Positions 8,755 through 19,621 are shown, counted from the first letter of the stretch. The stretch: 64,000 nucleotides of DNA from Candidatus Aenigmatarchaeota archaeon (GCA_046539325.1 JBKHHD010000003.1:30024-94023), one strand, 5' to 3'. Numbers and translations: made by a program. Notes: a model not told the origin generated them from the letters alone.

Positions 8755-9882
8755 ATGGAAGACTTTAGAGATTTCAATCTATCAAACCAGATTTTAAAAT
8801 CTATACAGGACAAGGATTTCGACAGTCCTACACAAATACAAGAAAAGGCTATTCCGCCGATAATGGAAGGTAAAGATGTTATAGCTGGCTCCGCAACGGG
8901 GTCAGGGAAAACCCTTGCTTTCGCTGCCGGACTAGTGGAGAACGTGGATCCAAAGGAAGACGTAATACAGGGTCTTGTTCTCGCACCTACAAGAGAGCTA
9001 GCGAAACAGGTTAGCGACATGGTAGACGACTTCTCCAGACATCATGAATACGATATAGCGACTATACACGGAGGAGTTGCATACGATCCACAGTATAGAG
9101 CCCTAAGCAAAGCTGAGATAGTGGTGGCTACGCCAGGAAGACTCCTTGACCTTATAGGTAAGGGAAGGGTAGACCTTTCGAACGTGAACACGTTCGTTCT
9201 GGACGAAGCTGACAGGATGCTGGACATGGGGTTCATAGACGACGTTGAGGAGATAATGCAGGAAACACCAGAGGAAAAGCAGACTATCTTTACTTCCGCT
9301 ACCATCAAAGGCGAGATTTTGAAGCTAGCAGACAGGTACATGGATGATCCAGTGAAAACTTTCGCGGAAAGGAAGGTAGATCCAGAAAAACTTGAACAGG
9401 TCTACTACGATATTCCTGGCCATCTCAAGCTATCGCTTTTGGTTCATCTGTTAGACGAAGAGGAAACAGACCTTTCGATGGTCTTCTGTAATACAAGGAG
9501 AACTGTTGAGTTTGTGGAGAGGAACTTGAAGAAACAAGGGATAAAAGCACAGGCGATCCACGGCGGCTTCTCACAAAACCAGAGGGATAAAGCTATGGAG
9601 AAGTTCGAAGAAGGGGGCATCGATGTTCTAGTGTGCACGGACGTAGCCGCAAGAGGGTTGGACATAGACAACATTTCACACATCTACAACTTCGACATAC
9701 CAAACGACAGTAAGCAGTATATGCATAGAATTGGAAGGACGGCAAGAGCTGGCGAGGAAGGTAAAGCAATAAATCTTCTCGAGAAAGACCAGCACAAGGA
9801 CTTTCGAAGAGTGTTGAAGGACAACAGCGTTAACGTAAACAAGGCAGAAACACCTTACGTCGAAAAGGTAAATGTTGAGTAG
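8755..9882 (+). CDS. DEAD-box RNA helicase (core domains only)
   Basis: Q motif, ATGSGKT, PTRELA, TPGR, DEAD, SAT, ARGLD and HRIGRTAR; SD AGGAGG. Confidence 0.96.
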   Translation: MEDFRDFNLSNQILKSIQDKDFDSPTQIQEKAIPPIMEGKDVIAGSATGSGKTLAFAAGLVENVDPKEDVIQGLVLAPTRELAKQVSDMVDDFSRHHEYDIATIHGGVAYDPQYRALSKAEIVVATPGRLLDLIGKGRVDLSNVNTFVLDEADRMLDMGFIDDVEEIMQETPEEKQTIFTSATIKGEILKLADRYMDDPVKTFAERKVDPEKLEQVYYDIPGHLKLSLLVHLLDEEETDLSMVFCNTRRTVEFVERNLKKQGIKAQAIHGGFSQNQRDKAMEKFEEGGIDVLVCTDVAARGLDIDNISHIYNFDIPNDSKQYMHRIGRTARAGEEGKAINLLEKDQHKDFRRVLKDNSVNVNKAETPYVEKVNVE

Positions 9883-9890
9883 CTGATCAA

Positions 9891-10997
9891 TTAGTCCAGA
9901 AATTCCTTCAACTTTTCCAAACTTCTCATCTTTTCCTTTTTTCCTATATCCGCTTTCTCCAAAGCCTGTCTGAGGAACTCTATGGACTTATCGTACTCTT
10001 CTCTATCCACAGGCCTCGGGTAGCCGTCCTTGCCGCCGTGGGCATAGCTATACTTCGCGGGATCATCCCAGTCGTTCTCTGAGCCGTGTACCAGCTGCGC
10101 TATCAAGGCCAGGGCTCTGAGCGACTTCTTTCCTATGCCTTCCGTTTCAACCAGCTCCTCGTAACCTTTCGGCTGCTTCTGGTAGGCCTTTTCCAAGTTA
10201 TCCAAAGTCCTCTCGGTCACCTCAGAAATCTCTACTTCGTGGTGCGCAGGCATATCCAGTTTTCTCCTGCTCGCATCGGCGTAGTTGAACACAGACCTCT
10301 GATTTTTTGGCTTTAGATATCTCTCAAGGTGTCCTGGACCGTCGTTGACCAGATCCACGGAAACCTTTCTCGTCTCGTCGGAGAGGCCAGAGGTAAGGTT
10401 GAGGACCCTATCCTCTCTCTGCTGAGCTGAAATTCCCTCGTGTGGTTCCTCGACAAACTTTTCCACGTTGTCGGAAAGCCAGTGGTAGCGGCGCGCATAC
10501 TTGTTCCCAGGGTTCATACCCTGCTGTATCACTGTCCACTGTCCACTTTCGGCGAAGAGGAGGACATGGTGGTAGAGGTTGTGTGAGTCCTGTACACAGT
10601 TTGAATCGACCTTTGCTGAAAGCTTACTCGTATCGGCGAGCTTCTCCAGGGTAGAAAGGTTGCATATATCCGAACTAAGAATTTCTTCAGGTGCCTTTCT
10701 GGATGTCTTTCCCTTTCCACCGACCGCCTTAACACCGTGCTCCTCCTCGTCCAGAGCTTCCTTCAGAGCGCCTGTAAGCGTTGTAGTCAGACCTGAAGAA
10801 TGCCAGTCGAATCCAACCACACATCCCAAGGATTGGAACCAGTAGGGATCCGAAAGTCTACGGAGAAGTTCTTCCTGCGAGTACTCGTGTATTATGACCT
10901 CCGAGATCGCACCCGTTAGCTTCTCCATTCTTTTGAATAGCCAGCGAGGGGCCTTCCCGCCGTGCAGTGGAAGGTCCGCAGACCCAGTTTTCTCCAT
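9891..10997 (-). CDS. DUF763 family protein
   Basis: ADLPLHGGKAPRWLF, DWHSSGLTT and YAHGGKDGYP motifs. Confidence 0.9.
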   Translation of the reverse strand: MEKTGSADLPLHGGKAPRWLFKRMEKLTGAISEVIIHEYSQEELLRRLSDPYWFQSLGCVVGFDWHSSGLTTTLTGALKEALDEEEHGVKAVGGKGKTSRKAPEEILSSDICNLSTLEKLADTSKLSAKVDSNCVQDSHNLYHHVLLFAESGQWTVIQQGMNPGNKYARRYHWLSDNVEKFVEEPHEGISAQQREDRVLNLTSGLSDETRKVSVDLVNDGPGHLERYLKPKNQRSVFNYADASRRKLDMPAHHEVEISEVTERTLDNLEKAYQKQPKGYEELVETEGIGKKSLRALALIAQLVHGSENDWDDPAKYSYAHGGKDGYPRPVDREEYDKSIEFLRQALEKADIGKKEKMRSLEKLKEFLD

Positions 10998-11049
10998 AAT
11001 TACCTCCACGTTTAAGTTTACCTTTAACAAATATTAGCTTGGTGGTTAC

Positions 11050-11658
11050 CTGAACACAAAGGAATGTAAGAGGCAGATTGTACACTTCTCAGGAGCTCTC
11101 CTCGCAGCCGTTGCATTTTTCCTCAGTAAAGAGGTAACTGGAATCCTTGCTTTGTCCATAGCGACCTTTCTACTTTTTCTTTCATGGTGGATAAGGAACA
11201 AAGACAGAATAAGAGAAAAGCTCCCCCGAAGGCTTGAAGACTGGGAAAAAATAGAGGACGAAACCTACAGGTTCATAAACTCCTTTGAAAGGGATCAAGA
11301 TCTCGAGGAAAGGCCTTATACCGGAGCTATAATTTTCATGATCGCAGTTGGATTCACATTTCTAGTCTTTCCTGAGACGGCTGCAATACTTGCTGTCCTT
11401 ATACTCTCAATAAGCGACTCTGCTTCTACACTTGTAGGAATACACCTTGGCGAGTCAAATCTCCCGCACAACAGAGATAAGAGCTTTGAGGGCTCCTCTG
11501 CATTCTTTCTGACCGCTACTGTAATGGCGTTTTTGTTTACGTCGCCACTTAACTCCGTTCTGATAGCTCTAGGAGGCGCCTTTGCAGAGTCTCTGCCTCA
11601 CATCGACGACAATTTTTCCGTACCGATAACTGTAGCAGTTCTATTCATTCTTTTGTAG
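11050..11658 (+). CDS. Dolichol/phytol (polyprenol) kinase-like membrane protein, probable CTG start
   Basis: E-x-x-RQIVH N-terminal motif upstream of the tracked start; SDSASTLVG, KSFEGS and DDNFSVP motifs. Confidence 0.85.
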   Translation: MNTKECKRQIVHFSGALLAAVAFFLSKEVTGILALSIATFLLFLSWWIRNKDRIREKLPRRLEDWEKIEDETYRFINSFERDQDLEERPYTGAIIFMIAVGFTFLVFPETAAILAVLILSISDSASTLVGIHLGESNLPHNRDKSFEGSSAFFLTATVMAFLFTSPLNSVLIALGGAFAESLPHIDDNFSVPITVAVLFILL

Positions 11659-11679
11659 AAGTATTTTTTTTCTAAACTA

Positions 11680-12471
11680 CTACAAGATATCTTCAAGAAC
11701 AGCTTCTATCTTCTCGAAGTCTTGTAAGGTACACTGGTAAACTCTCTTATCAGGAAGGCTTCCCTCCAAATCCTTTATTTCTTCTTCGTCCAAGTCCAGG
11801 AAGTGCGCCGAATCCTCAAGTGAGTTCTTGACCAGCTTTCTCTTGTGGTGGAACGCGGCCTTAACTATCTTCCAGAAGTCAGTGCTCTTTTCCTCCACAT
11901 CCTTCTTCCTCAGTCTGACAACGGCGGAGTCAGTAACAGGTTCTGGATAGAACTTGTCGGAAGGTATGACCTTGACTAGTTCCGTGTCGCAGCGGTAGTT
12001 GACCTTCAACGACATACGCGAGTTATTCATAGTTCCGGGCTCGCCTGTAAGCCTTTCAGCGAACTCCTTCTGATAGATAAGAACTGCAAGGTCCCAGTCC
12101 AGGTTTAGAAGTTTGAAGGTCAGAGGCGTGGAGACGGAGTAGGGAAGGTTTGAAACAATCTTGTTGAACTCGAGATTCTTTAGATGTGTCGCCATGACGT
12201 CCCTCTGTAGTACAGTTATATTCTCTATTTCAAGATGCCTAAGAACCGCAGCCAGCTTACCGTCCTTCTCTATAGCTGTAACTGGACAGTTTTGGGCTAT
12301 ATACCTGGTAAGGTTGCCGATGCCGGCGCCTATCTCCAGAACTCTGTCCTCGTCCTTCAGATTTGCAAGTTCTACAACTTCCTTCTGCGTCTCTTCGTCC
12401 TCTATAAATATCTGATCCTGATGTTCCTTGGGCTTGAGGTTATACCTTCTGAGAACTTTTTTGACGTTCAT
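11680..12471 (-). CDS. rsmA: 16S rRNA dimethyladenosine transferase
   Basis: VLEIGAGIGNLT, VSNLPY, QKEFAERL and FYPEPVTDS motifs. Confidence 0.93.
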   Translation of the reverse strand: MNVKKVLRRYNLKPKEHQDQIFIEDEETQKEVVELANLKDEDRVLEIGAGIGNLTRYIAQNCPVTAIEKDGKLAAVLRHLEIENITVLQRDVMATHLKNLEFNKIVSNLPYSVSTPLTFKLLNLDWDLAVLIYQKEFAERLTGEPGTMNNSRMSLKVNYRCDTELVKVIPSDKFYPEPVTDSAVVRLRKKDVEEKSTDFWKIVKAAFHHKRKLVKNSLEDSAHFLDLDEEEIKDLEGSLPDKRVYQCTLQDFEKIEAVLEDIL

Positions 12472-12526
12472 AGTGACGCACCTTAAATATATTTATAACT
12501 TCCAAATTAAAATAGTTTGACTTATT

Positions 12527-12604
12527 GGGCTGGTGGTGTAGCCTGGACTAGCATCGGGGCTTTGGGAGCCTCAGACCCGAGTTCAAATCTCGGCCGGCCC
12601 ACCA
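12527..12604 (+). tRNA. tRNA-Pro(UGG), CCA encoded
   Basis: Acceptor GGGCTGG/CCGGCCC, anticodon arm GGGGC-TTTGGGA-GCCTC, T loop TTCAAAT. Confidence 0.95.
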
Positions 12605-12693
12605 TTACTCTTCTAAAACTTGCCTGCAGCGCATCGATCTCATACAGGCGAAACCTTTAAATAACCGTAGATATATTACCAACGCTGGTATCC

Positions 12694-15315
12694 ATGACAC
12701 AATATGTATACTCTTTTGACGAAGGCGGTGCTGACATGAAAAACCTCTTAGGTGGAAAAGGTTCTAATCTAGCTGAAATGACAACCATAGGCCTCAACGT
12801 GCCTCCAGGCTTTACGGTGACTACGGAAGCCTGTGTGAAGTATCTGGACGAAGGAGAGCTTACCAGAGAGATGGAGGAGCAGATGAAGGAGTACATGGAA
12901 GAGCTCGAAGAGGAAATGAGACAGGAGTTCGGCGATCCCGAAGATCCGCTTCTTGTTTCCGTAAGGTCAGGTGCTGCCGTCTCTATGCCTGGTATGATGG
13001 ATACCATTCTGAATCTTGGATTGAACGACAAAACCGTTAAAGGACTTATAGAAAAAACGGACGAGAGGTTTGCCTACGACAGCTACAGGCGCTTCGTGAA
13101 CATGTTTGGTGAGGTTGTGAGAGGAATACCTCACAGGAAGTTTGAGGAGAAGATGGACGAAGTTAAGGAGAAGAGAGGCGCAGACAAGGACGTAGACCTG
13201 GACGCGGAAGGAATGAAGGAAGTAGTAGAAAAGTACAAAGAACTTGTCGGCGATATACCTTCAGACCCATGGGAGCAGCTTCTTGAAGCTACAAAGGCCG
13301 TATTTGCTTCCTGGGACAACGATAGGGCCGTAAGATGGAGAAATATTCAAGGTCTCCCACACGATATGGGAACCGCAGTCAACGTCCAGACTATGGTCTA
13401 CGGAAACACAGGCAAGAACTCAGGAAGCGGTGTTGCATTTACAAGAAATCCATCAACAGGAGAAAACGAGATCTACGGTGAGTTCCTGAGAAACGCGCAG
13501 GGAGAGGACGTCGTAGCTGGAATTCGAACACCTCTGGACATTTCTGAGTTAAAAGACCTCTGGCCGGAAGTTTACGAGGAACTGGAAGAAGTCTGCAGAA
13601 TTCTCGAGGACAAGTACAAGGACATGCAGGACCTCGAGTTCACGATCGAAGACAAGGAGCTATACATCCTTCAAACAAGGACAGGTAAAAGAACACCTAA
13701 CGCCGCAGTGAAGATAGCTCACGACATGTGTGAAGAAGGAATAATCAGCAAGGAAGTTGCCTTGCTGAGAGTAGAAGGCGATCAGGTGGAAAAAATATTA
13801 CATAAAAGGATAGATCCCGAAGCAGACCTTGACGAGATGACCCAGGGCATCAACGCCTCACCGGGAGCGGCTTCAGGTAGGGTCGTATTCGACACGGACG
13901 AAGCAGAAAGAAGGGGCAACGACGGTGAGGACGTTGTTCTCGTCAGGCCTGAGACGACACCTGAAGACATTCACGGGCTTGCAGCTGCACAGGGAGTTCT
14001 CACGAGCAGAGGTGGGATGACAAGCCATGCAGCCGTTGTCGCAAGAGGAATGGGCAAACCCTGTGTCGCAGGTGCAGAAAAGATAGACATAAGCCTTGAA
14101 GACGAGTACTTTGAGGTCAACGGAAAGAGAATAGAAAAGGACGATACAATCACTATAGACGGAACAACAGGCGATGTTATCGAAGGCGAAGCTCCACTGA
14201 TAGAACCGGAGTTCACCGAGGAGTTCAAAAAACTGCTCAAATGGGCCGACGATATAAGAAAGATGGGTGTCAGAGCAAATGCAGACACACCCGAGGACAC
14301 GAAGCAAGCTGTGGAGTTCGGAGCAGAAGGTGTAGGCCTCTGCAGAACGGAGCACATGTTCTTCGAGCCCGAAAGGCTTGAGGTCATGCAGGAGCTGATA
14401 ATTTCTGATGACAAAGATGAAAGAAAGAAAGCTCTGGACAAACTCATGCCAATGCAGAAGGAGGACTTCAAGGGACTGTTCAAAGCCATAGGTGGCAGAC
14501 CGCTGATAATCAGACTTCTCGATCCACCGCTCCACGAGTTCGCTCCTACGGAAGAGGAAAGACAGAAAGAGCTCGCGGAAAAGCTCGACATGACCAAGGA
14601 AGAGATAGCAACTAAGGTCGAAAGACTGGACGAGGAAAATCCGATGCTTGGCCATAGAGGTTGCAGGCTCGGAATAACCTTCCCCGAGATCTACAGAATG
14701 CAGGTTCGCGCGATTCTCGAGGCAGCTTCTGAAGTCAAGAACGAAGGTCAAAAGGTCAAACCCAAGATAATGGTTCCGCTTGTAGGAAACGTAAAAGAGC
14801 TGGAGAACGTCAAGGAAGAAGTAGTCGAGGAAGTAGAGGAAGAGGTCTTCGGAGACAAGGAAGAAGTAGACTACGAAGTAGGAACTATGATAGAGATTCC
14901 GAGGGCAGCCGTTACCGCTGACGAAATAGCAGAGGAAGCGGAGTTCTTCTCCTTCGGAACAAACGACCTTACACAGATGGGCCTTGGCTTCAGCAGAGAC
15001 GACGCAGGAACCTTCATACCGAACTACATCGACAAGGGAATTCTCGACGAGGATCCGTTCCAGGTGCTTGATCAAGATGGCATCGGACAGCTAGTCGAGA
15101 TGGCTACAGAGAAGGGAAGAAATACTAAGAAAGACCTTTCCGTGGGAATCTGTGGTGAGCACGGTGGAGAGCCTTCATCTGTCAAGTTCTGTTACAAGGC
15201 AGGATTGGACTACGTGAGCTGCTCTCCCTACAGGGTACCGGTGGCGAGGATAGCAGCAGCACAGGTAGTGATAGATGAAGAAATGGAAGTAGACGAAGGT
15301 GTCGAAGGGTATTAA
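12694..15315 (+). CDS. ppdK: Pyruvate, phosphate dikinase
   Basis: LLGGKG, SVRSGA…SMPGMMDT, GGMTSHAAVVARG, GLCRTEHM, FSFGTNDLTQ and GICGEHGG motifs. Confidence 0.98.
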   Translation: MTQYVYSFDEGGADMKNLLGGKGSNLAEMTTIGLNVPPGFTVTTEACVKYLDEGELTREMEEQMKEYMEELEEEMRQEFGDPEDPLLVSVRSGAAVSMPGMMDTILNLGLNDKTVKGLIEKTDERFAYDSYRRFVNMFGEVVRGIPHRKFEEKMDEVKEKRGADKDVDLDAEGMKEVVEKYKELVGDIPSDPWEQLLEATKAVFASWDNDRAVRWRNIQGLPHDMGTAVNVQTMVYGNTGKNSGSGVAFTRNPSTGENEIYGEFLRNAQGEDVVAGIRTPLDISELKDLWPEVYEELEEVCRILEDKYKDMQDLEFTIEDKELYILQTRTGKRTPNAAVKIAHDMCEEGIISKEVALLRVEGDQVEKILHKRIDPEADLDEMTQGINASPGAASGRVVFDTDEAERRGNDGEDVVLVRPETTPEDIHGLAAAQGVLTSRGGMTSHAAVVARGMGKPCVAGAEKIDISLEDEYFEVNGKRIEKDDTITIDGTTGDVIEGEAPLIEPEFTEEFKKLLKWADDIRKMGVRANADTPEDTKQAVEFGAEGVGLCRTEHMFFEPERLEVMQELIISDDKDERKKALDKLMPMQKEDFKGLFKAIGGRPLIIRLLDPPLHEFAPTEEERQKELAEKLDMTKEEIATKVERLDEENPMLGHRGCRLGITFPEIYRMQVRAILEAASEVKNEGQKVKPKIMVPLVGNVKELENVKEEVVEEVEEEVFGDKEEVDYEVGTMIEIPRAAVTADEIAEEAEFFSFGTNDLTQMGLGFSRDDAGTFIPNYIDKGILDEDPFQVLDQDGIGQLVEMATEKGRNTKKDLSVGICGEHGGEPSSVKFCYKAGLDYVSCSPYRVPVARIAAAQVVIDEEMEVDEGVEGY

Positions 15316-15389
15316 ACTCCCTATCCTCTTTATTTTTATTCTCCTCCTCCTTTATTCTTAAATAGTTTCAGTCGTAAGTATTGAGGACA

Positions 15390-18059
15390 ATGAAGGCCAA
15401 GATTTTGGTTCCTGCAATACTGGTTTTGTTCTTCCTATTACCGGAAGTCGCCGAGGTATGGGTCGACTACATATGGTTTGAATCCATTGGATATCTCTCA
15501 GTATTCACTAAGATTCTTACGACAAGGCTCGCTCTAGCAGCCGCCGGCTTGGTTTTTACCTCGCTATTCATATGGCTAAACCTCAAGGCTGCAGGCAAAA
15601 ATATAGATATAGAAGAGCTTCGCCTTAAGGCCAGGTTAAGAGGTTTTGAAGTCTTTGGAGTCTCATCAATCCTCGTAGGAATTATCGCAGGTGTTGTATG
15701 TTCAGGGTCTTACATGACAGTTCTGAAGTTCCTCAACTCCACGGACTTTGGACAAACCGAAGCAGTCTTTGGGAAAGATATATCATTTTACTTCTTCGAA
15801 CTTCCCTTCTGGAACCTGACAGTGGGATACTTCCTTGGAATAATAGCTGTAACGATAGCGATCGTTGCCGCTTTCTACTACCTCACAATACAGAAGAAAA
15901 TGGAAGCTGAAGAGAGCTTCGATGATATTCTCGAGGCAGCAAAGAGACACCTGTATCCGTTAGGTGGTACATTCTTCCTCCTGCTGGGTATAAGAATATA
16001 CTTGGCCAGATACTCCATACTTTTCTCGGATATCGGAGCAGTCTTCGGTGCAGGCTACATGGACATCAACCTCCTCCTTCCTTTGATAATCGTAACCTCT
16101 GTTGTCTGCGCAGCCGTAGGAGTAACGCTCTTCGCAAACCTCAAGCTCGACAAAGCAAAGTATCCAGCCTACGGAGTAGTGGTCCTCATAGCTCTCCTGA
16201 TCCTCGGAGGAGTTGGATCCGCACTTGTTCAGTCCTACTACGTTGAGCCAAACGAGTTCAACCTCGAAAGGGAGTATCTCGAAAGGAACATAGAACATAC
16301 AAGGTCAGCCTATGGGCTACATGATATGGAGCATATTGACTTCGATGCGACCTACAACCTCACGGCTGATGACCTCGAGGAAAAGGATCAAACGATGGAC
16401 AACATAAGGCTGTGGGACTACCGAGTTCTCAAGGACACTTACTCAAGTACACAGGAGCTGAGAACTTACTACGAGTTCCAGGATGTCGACGTGGACAGGT
16501 ACAGGCTAAACGGCGACAGGAAGCAGGTCATGCTCTCTGTAAGGGAGCTGAACGCCGACAAGCTATCTGAAGGTGCCCAGTCCTGGGTCAACCGACACCT
16601 CGTATACACACACGGCACGGGCGGAGTCATGTCGCCTGTGAGAGATGTAAAGAACGGGCATCCGGAACTGTGGCTCAAAGACATACCAACACAGGTTACA
16701 GATGAAGCGCCTTCACCTGAAGACATAGACCTGGAGAATCCTGACATATACTTCGGTGAAGGCACGGACAACTTCGCGGTAGTTGACACAGCCGTGGAGG
16801 AGTTCGACTATCCGACTGGCGAGGAAAACGCCTTCACCACGTACGAAGGCACCGCAGGCATAGACATGAGCTTTATAGACAGGCTTGCCTTCGCCGTAAA
16901 CCTAGGAGACTTCCGTTTTCTGGTCTCCGACGCACTCGAGCCCCAGTCAAAGATCCTGATAAGGAGAAACATAGACAGGAGGATTAGAGAAGTCGCTCCC
17001 TTCCTACAGTACGACCGTGATCCATATCCTGTCGTACACAAAGGCAGAATTTTCTGGATCTACGATTCCTATACGACTTCGGACAGGTATCCGTACTCCG
17101 AACCCGTAAACGGTATAAACTACATACGTAACTCGGTGAAGGCCACGATAGATAGCTACAACGGTGAGGTCAACTACTACGTAGTCGAGGACGATCCCCT
17201 TGCAAAGACGTACAGCAAGATATTTCCCGATCTGTTCAAACAAAAGGAGGAGATGGACGAGAACCTGAAGGAACATATAAGGTATCCCGAGGGCCTCTTT
17301 AGTATCCAAGCTGAGATACTAACGACGTACCATATGACCAATCCACGTGTATTCTACAACCGAGAGGACCAGTGGCAGATTCCGAAAGAGAGTTATAGGG
17401 GAAGGCAACAGGAAATGGAACCGTACTACGTAACCCTAGAGCTTCCTGAAAGAAACGAGACGCAGTTCACGCTGATGCTTCCGTTCACACCGGAAAACAG
17501 ACCCAACATGGTCGCTTGGCTAGGGGCGAAGAGCGATGAACCCAACTACGGCGAAACACTTCTTTACCGTTTCTCCAAGGAGGAGCTCATCTACGGTCCA
17601 AGTCAGATAGAGTCAAGAATAGATCAGAACTCTGAGATCTCCGAGAGACTCACGCTTTGGGACCAGAGAGGAAGTGAAGTGATAAGAGGAAATCTTCTAG
17701 TGATTCCTATCAAAGACTCTGTGCTGTATATAGAGCCTGTATTCCTTGAGGGTGACGAGGAAGCCATACCTGAGCTAAGGAGGGTTATAGTGGCCTACGA
17801 GGACCAGATAAGTATGCAGCCTACACTTGAACAGGCTCTGGTGGACATATTTGGAGAGTTCGAGGATATAGAGGTCCCGGAGGAAGTTCCAGAAGACATG
17901 GATGAAGCTCCGGAAGAACCTGTTATAGACACAGAACTCCTTGAAGAAGCTAGGCAACACTACCAAGAAGCTCAGCGCTATCTAAGAGAAGGAAACCTCT
18001 CTGGTTATCAGGAACAGATAGAGAAGTTAGGAGAGATTCTAGAAAAAATGGAACAGTGA
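15390..18059 (+). CDS. UPF0182 family membrane protein
   Basis: Multi-TM N-terminus; NIRLWD, DVDVDRY, HLVYTHG, NYIRNSVKA and VIRGNLLVIP motifs. Confidence 0.92.
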   Translation: MKAKILVPAILVLFFLLPEVAEVWVDYIWFESIGYLSVFTKILTTRLALAAAGLVFTSLFIWLNLKAAGKNIDIEELRLKARLRGFEVFGVSSILVGIIAGVVCSGSYMTVLKFLNSTDFGQTEAVFGKDISFYFFELPFWNLTVGYFLGIIAVTIAIVAAFYYLTIQKKMEAEESFDDILEAAKRHLYPLGGTFFLLLGIRIYLARYSILFSDIGAVFGAGYMDINLLLPLIIVTSVVCAAVGVTLFANLKLDKAKYPAYGVVVLIALLILGGVGSALVQSYYVEPNEFNLEREYLERNIEHTRSAYGLHDMEHIDFDATYNLTADDLEEKDQTMDNIRLWDYRVLKDTYSSTQELRTYYEFQDVDVDRYRLNGDRKQVMLSVRELNADKLSEGAQSWVNRHLVYTHGTGGVMSPVRDVKNGHPELWLKDIPTQVTDEAPSPEDIDLENPDIYFGEGTDNFAVVDTAVEEFDYPTGEENAFTTYEGTAGIDMSFIDRLAFAVNLGDFRFLVSDALEPQSKILIRRNIDRRIREVAPFLQYDRDPYPVVHKGRIFWIYDSYTTSDRYPYSEPVNGINYIRNSVKATIDSYNGEVNYYVVEDDPLAKTYSKIFPDLFKQKEEMDENLKEHIRYPEGLFSIQAEILTTYHMTNPRVFYNREDQWQIPKESYRGRQQEMEPYYVTLELPERNETQFTLMLPFTPENRPNMVAWLGAKSDEPNYGETLLYRFSKEELIYGPSQIESRIDQNSEISERLTLWDQRGSEVIRGNLLVIPIKDSVLYIEPVFLEGDEEAIPELRRVIVAYEDQISMQPTLEQALVDIFGEFEDIEVPEEVPEDMDEAPEEPVIDTELLEEARQHYQEAQRYLREGNLSGYQEQIEKLGEILEKMEQ

Positions 18060-18184
18060 AAGTTTATAAGTATAAAAATAAAAGTTAACGCTTAGTGATT
18101 TAGATGGTAGGTGGATACGTTCCACTACACGAATAAAAGCTTCATAAACTTCTCCAGTCTAAAATATAACAAAGAGGTGTCTAA

Positions 18185-19621
18185 ATGTCAGAAGAACTTG
18201 GAATAACTACTCCGAAGGAAGAAGACATGGGCGAGTGGTACAGGGAAGTTATAACCAAATCAGGTATGGCTGACTACACTTCCGTTAGCGGATGCATAGT
18301 CTTCAAGCCACTTTCCTACAGAATCTGGGACAAGATTCGTGAAGAGGTTGACAGAAGATTTGAGGATATCGGCATAGAAAACGCTTATTTTCCCCTTTTT
18401 ATCCCCGAAAAACTCTTGGAGAAGGAAGCCGAGCACTTTGAAGGCTTTAGTCCAGAGGTCGCATGGGTAACCAGAGCTGGAAGTTCAGAGCTGGACGAAA
18501 ATCTGGCTGTAAGGCCGACCTCTGAAGCGATTATGTACGATTCATATAAGGACTGGATAAGGTCGTGGAGAGATCTGCCTTTGCGCTTGAATCAGTGGAA
18601 CAACGTCGTAAGGTGGGAATTTAAACATGCAACGCCTTTCCTCCGGACACGTGAGTTTCTATGGAACGAAGGGCACAACGTTTACAGAACGGAGGAGCAA
18701 GCTCTCGAGGATCGCGACAAGGTGCTGGACGCATATCAGGAGGTATGTGAAGAATACATGGCTATACCATGCATAAGAGGGAGGAAGAGCAACAGAGAGA
18801 AGTTCGACGGTGCAATAGACACCTACTCACTGGAACACCTACTTCCTGATGGACAGGCTATACAGGGACCTGACTACCACTACGACGGTACAAACTTCTC
18901 AGAAGCCTTTGATATAACCTATACGGACGAAGAAGGTGAAAAGAAGTACGTACACCAGACAACCTACGCTATAACCACACGAGAACTGGGCGTAATGGTC
19001 CTAATACACTCCGATGACCGTGGCCTTGTTATACCTCCAAGGTTGGCGGCTACGAAAACAGTTATAGTACCTATATACCACGACGAAGAGGAGAAAAAAG
19101 AGGTGCTTGAAATGACCGAGGAGATAGAAGACAAAATGGAGGACTGCAAGGTGGACGACAGGGACCACAAGACTCCTGGCTGGAAGTTCAACGAGTGGGA
19201 GGTTAAGGGTATACCTTTGAGGATAGAGATCGGGAGCAACGAGGTCGAGGAAGGCAAGGTTACTATAGTTAGACGGGATACAGGAGAAAAGGTAAGCGCA
19301 AATATCGAAGATATCGAAGAAACTGTCGAGGAGGAGCTGGGGGAGATGCAAGAAAGGCTTTACAAGAAAGCTAAGGATTACATGGAGGAAAATATAAGAG
19401 AAACGGAAAGCTACGGGGAGTTGAAGGAAATAATCGAAGAGAAGGGAGGGTTTGTAAAGGCTCCCTGGTGTGGTGAGGAACTATGTGAGGAAATAGTCAA
19501 AGACGAAACCACGGCGAAGATAACAAATATACCGTTCAGGTACGACAAACCCAAAGGAAAGAAGTGTGTGCGCTGTGATGAGGAAGCGGAACACTGGGTG
19601 CATTTTGCAAAATCAAGGTGA
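18185..19621 (+). CDS. proS: Proline--tRNA ligase (archaeal/eukaryotic type)
   Basis: RPTSE, QWNNVVRWE, FLRTREFLW, TPGWKFNEWE and a C-terminal Zn domain. Confidence 0.97.
   Translation: MSEELGITTPKEEDMGEWYREVITKSGMADYTSVSGCIVFKPLSYRIWDKIREEVDRRFEDIGIENAYFPLFIPEKLLEKEAEHFEGFSPEVAWVTRAGSSELDENLAVRPTSEAIMYDSYKDWIRSWRDLPLRLNQWNNVVRWEFKHATPFLRTREFLWNEGHNVYRTEEQALEDRDKVLDAYQEVCEEYMAIPCIRGRKSNREKFDGAIDTYSLEHLLPDGQAIQGPDYHYDGTNFSEAFDITYTDEEGEKKYVHQTTYAITTRELGVMVLIHSDDRGLVIPPRLAATKTVIVPIYHDEEEKKEVLEMTEEIEDKMEDCKVDDRDHKTPGWKFNEWEVKGIPLRIEIGSNEVEEGKVTIVRRDTGEKVSANIEDIEETVEEELGEMQERLYKKAKDYMEENIRETESYGELKEIIEEKGGFVKAPWCGEELCEEIVKDETTAKITNIPFRYDKPKGKKCVRCDEEAEHWVHFAKSR

Noticed and set aside
2494-12526. 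Integrated element at the tRNA genes
   Set aside because: No integrase or transposase, and I saw no duplicated tRNA 3' end (att site).
13873-15075. 400-aa antisense ORF
   Set aside because: It lies wholly opposite ppdK, has no motifs, and is explained by codon bias of the sense gene.
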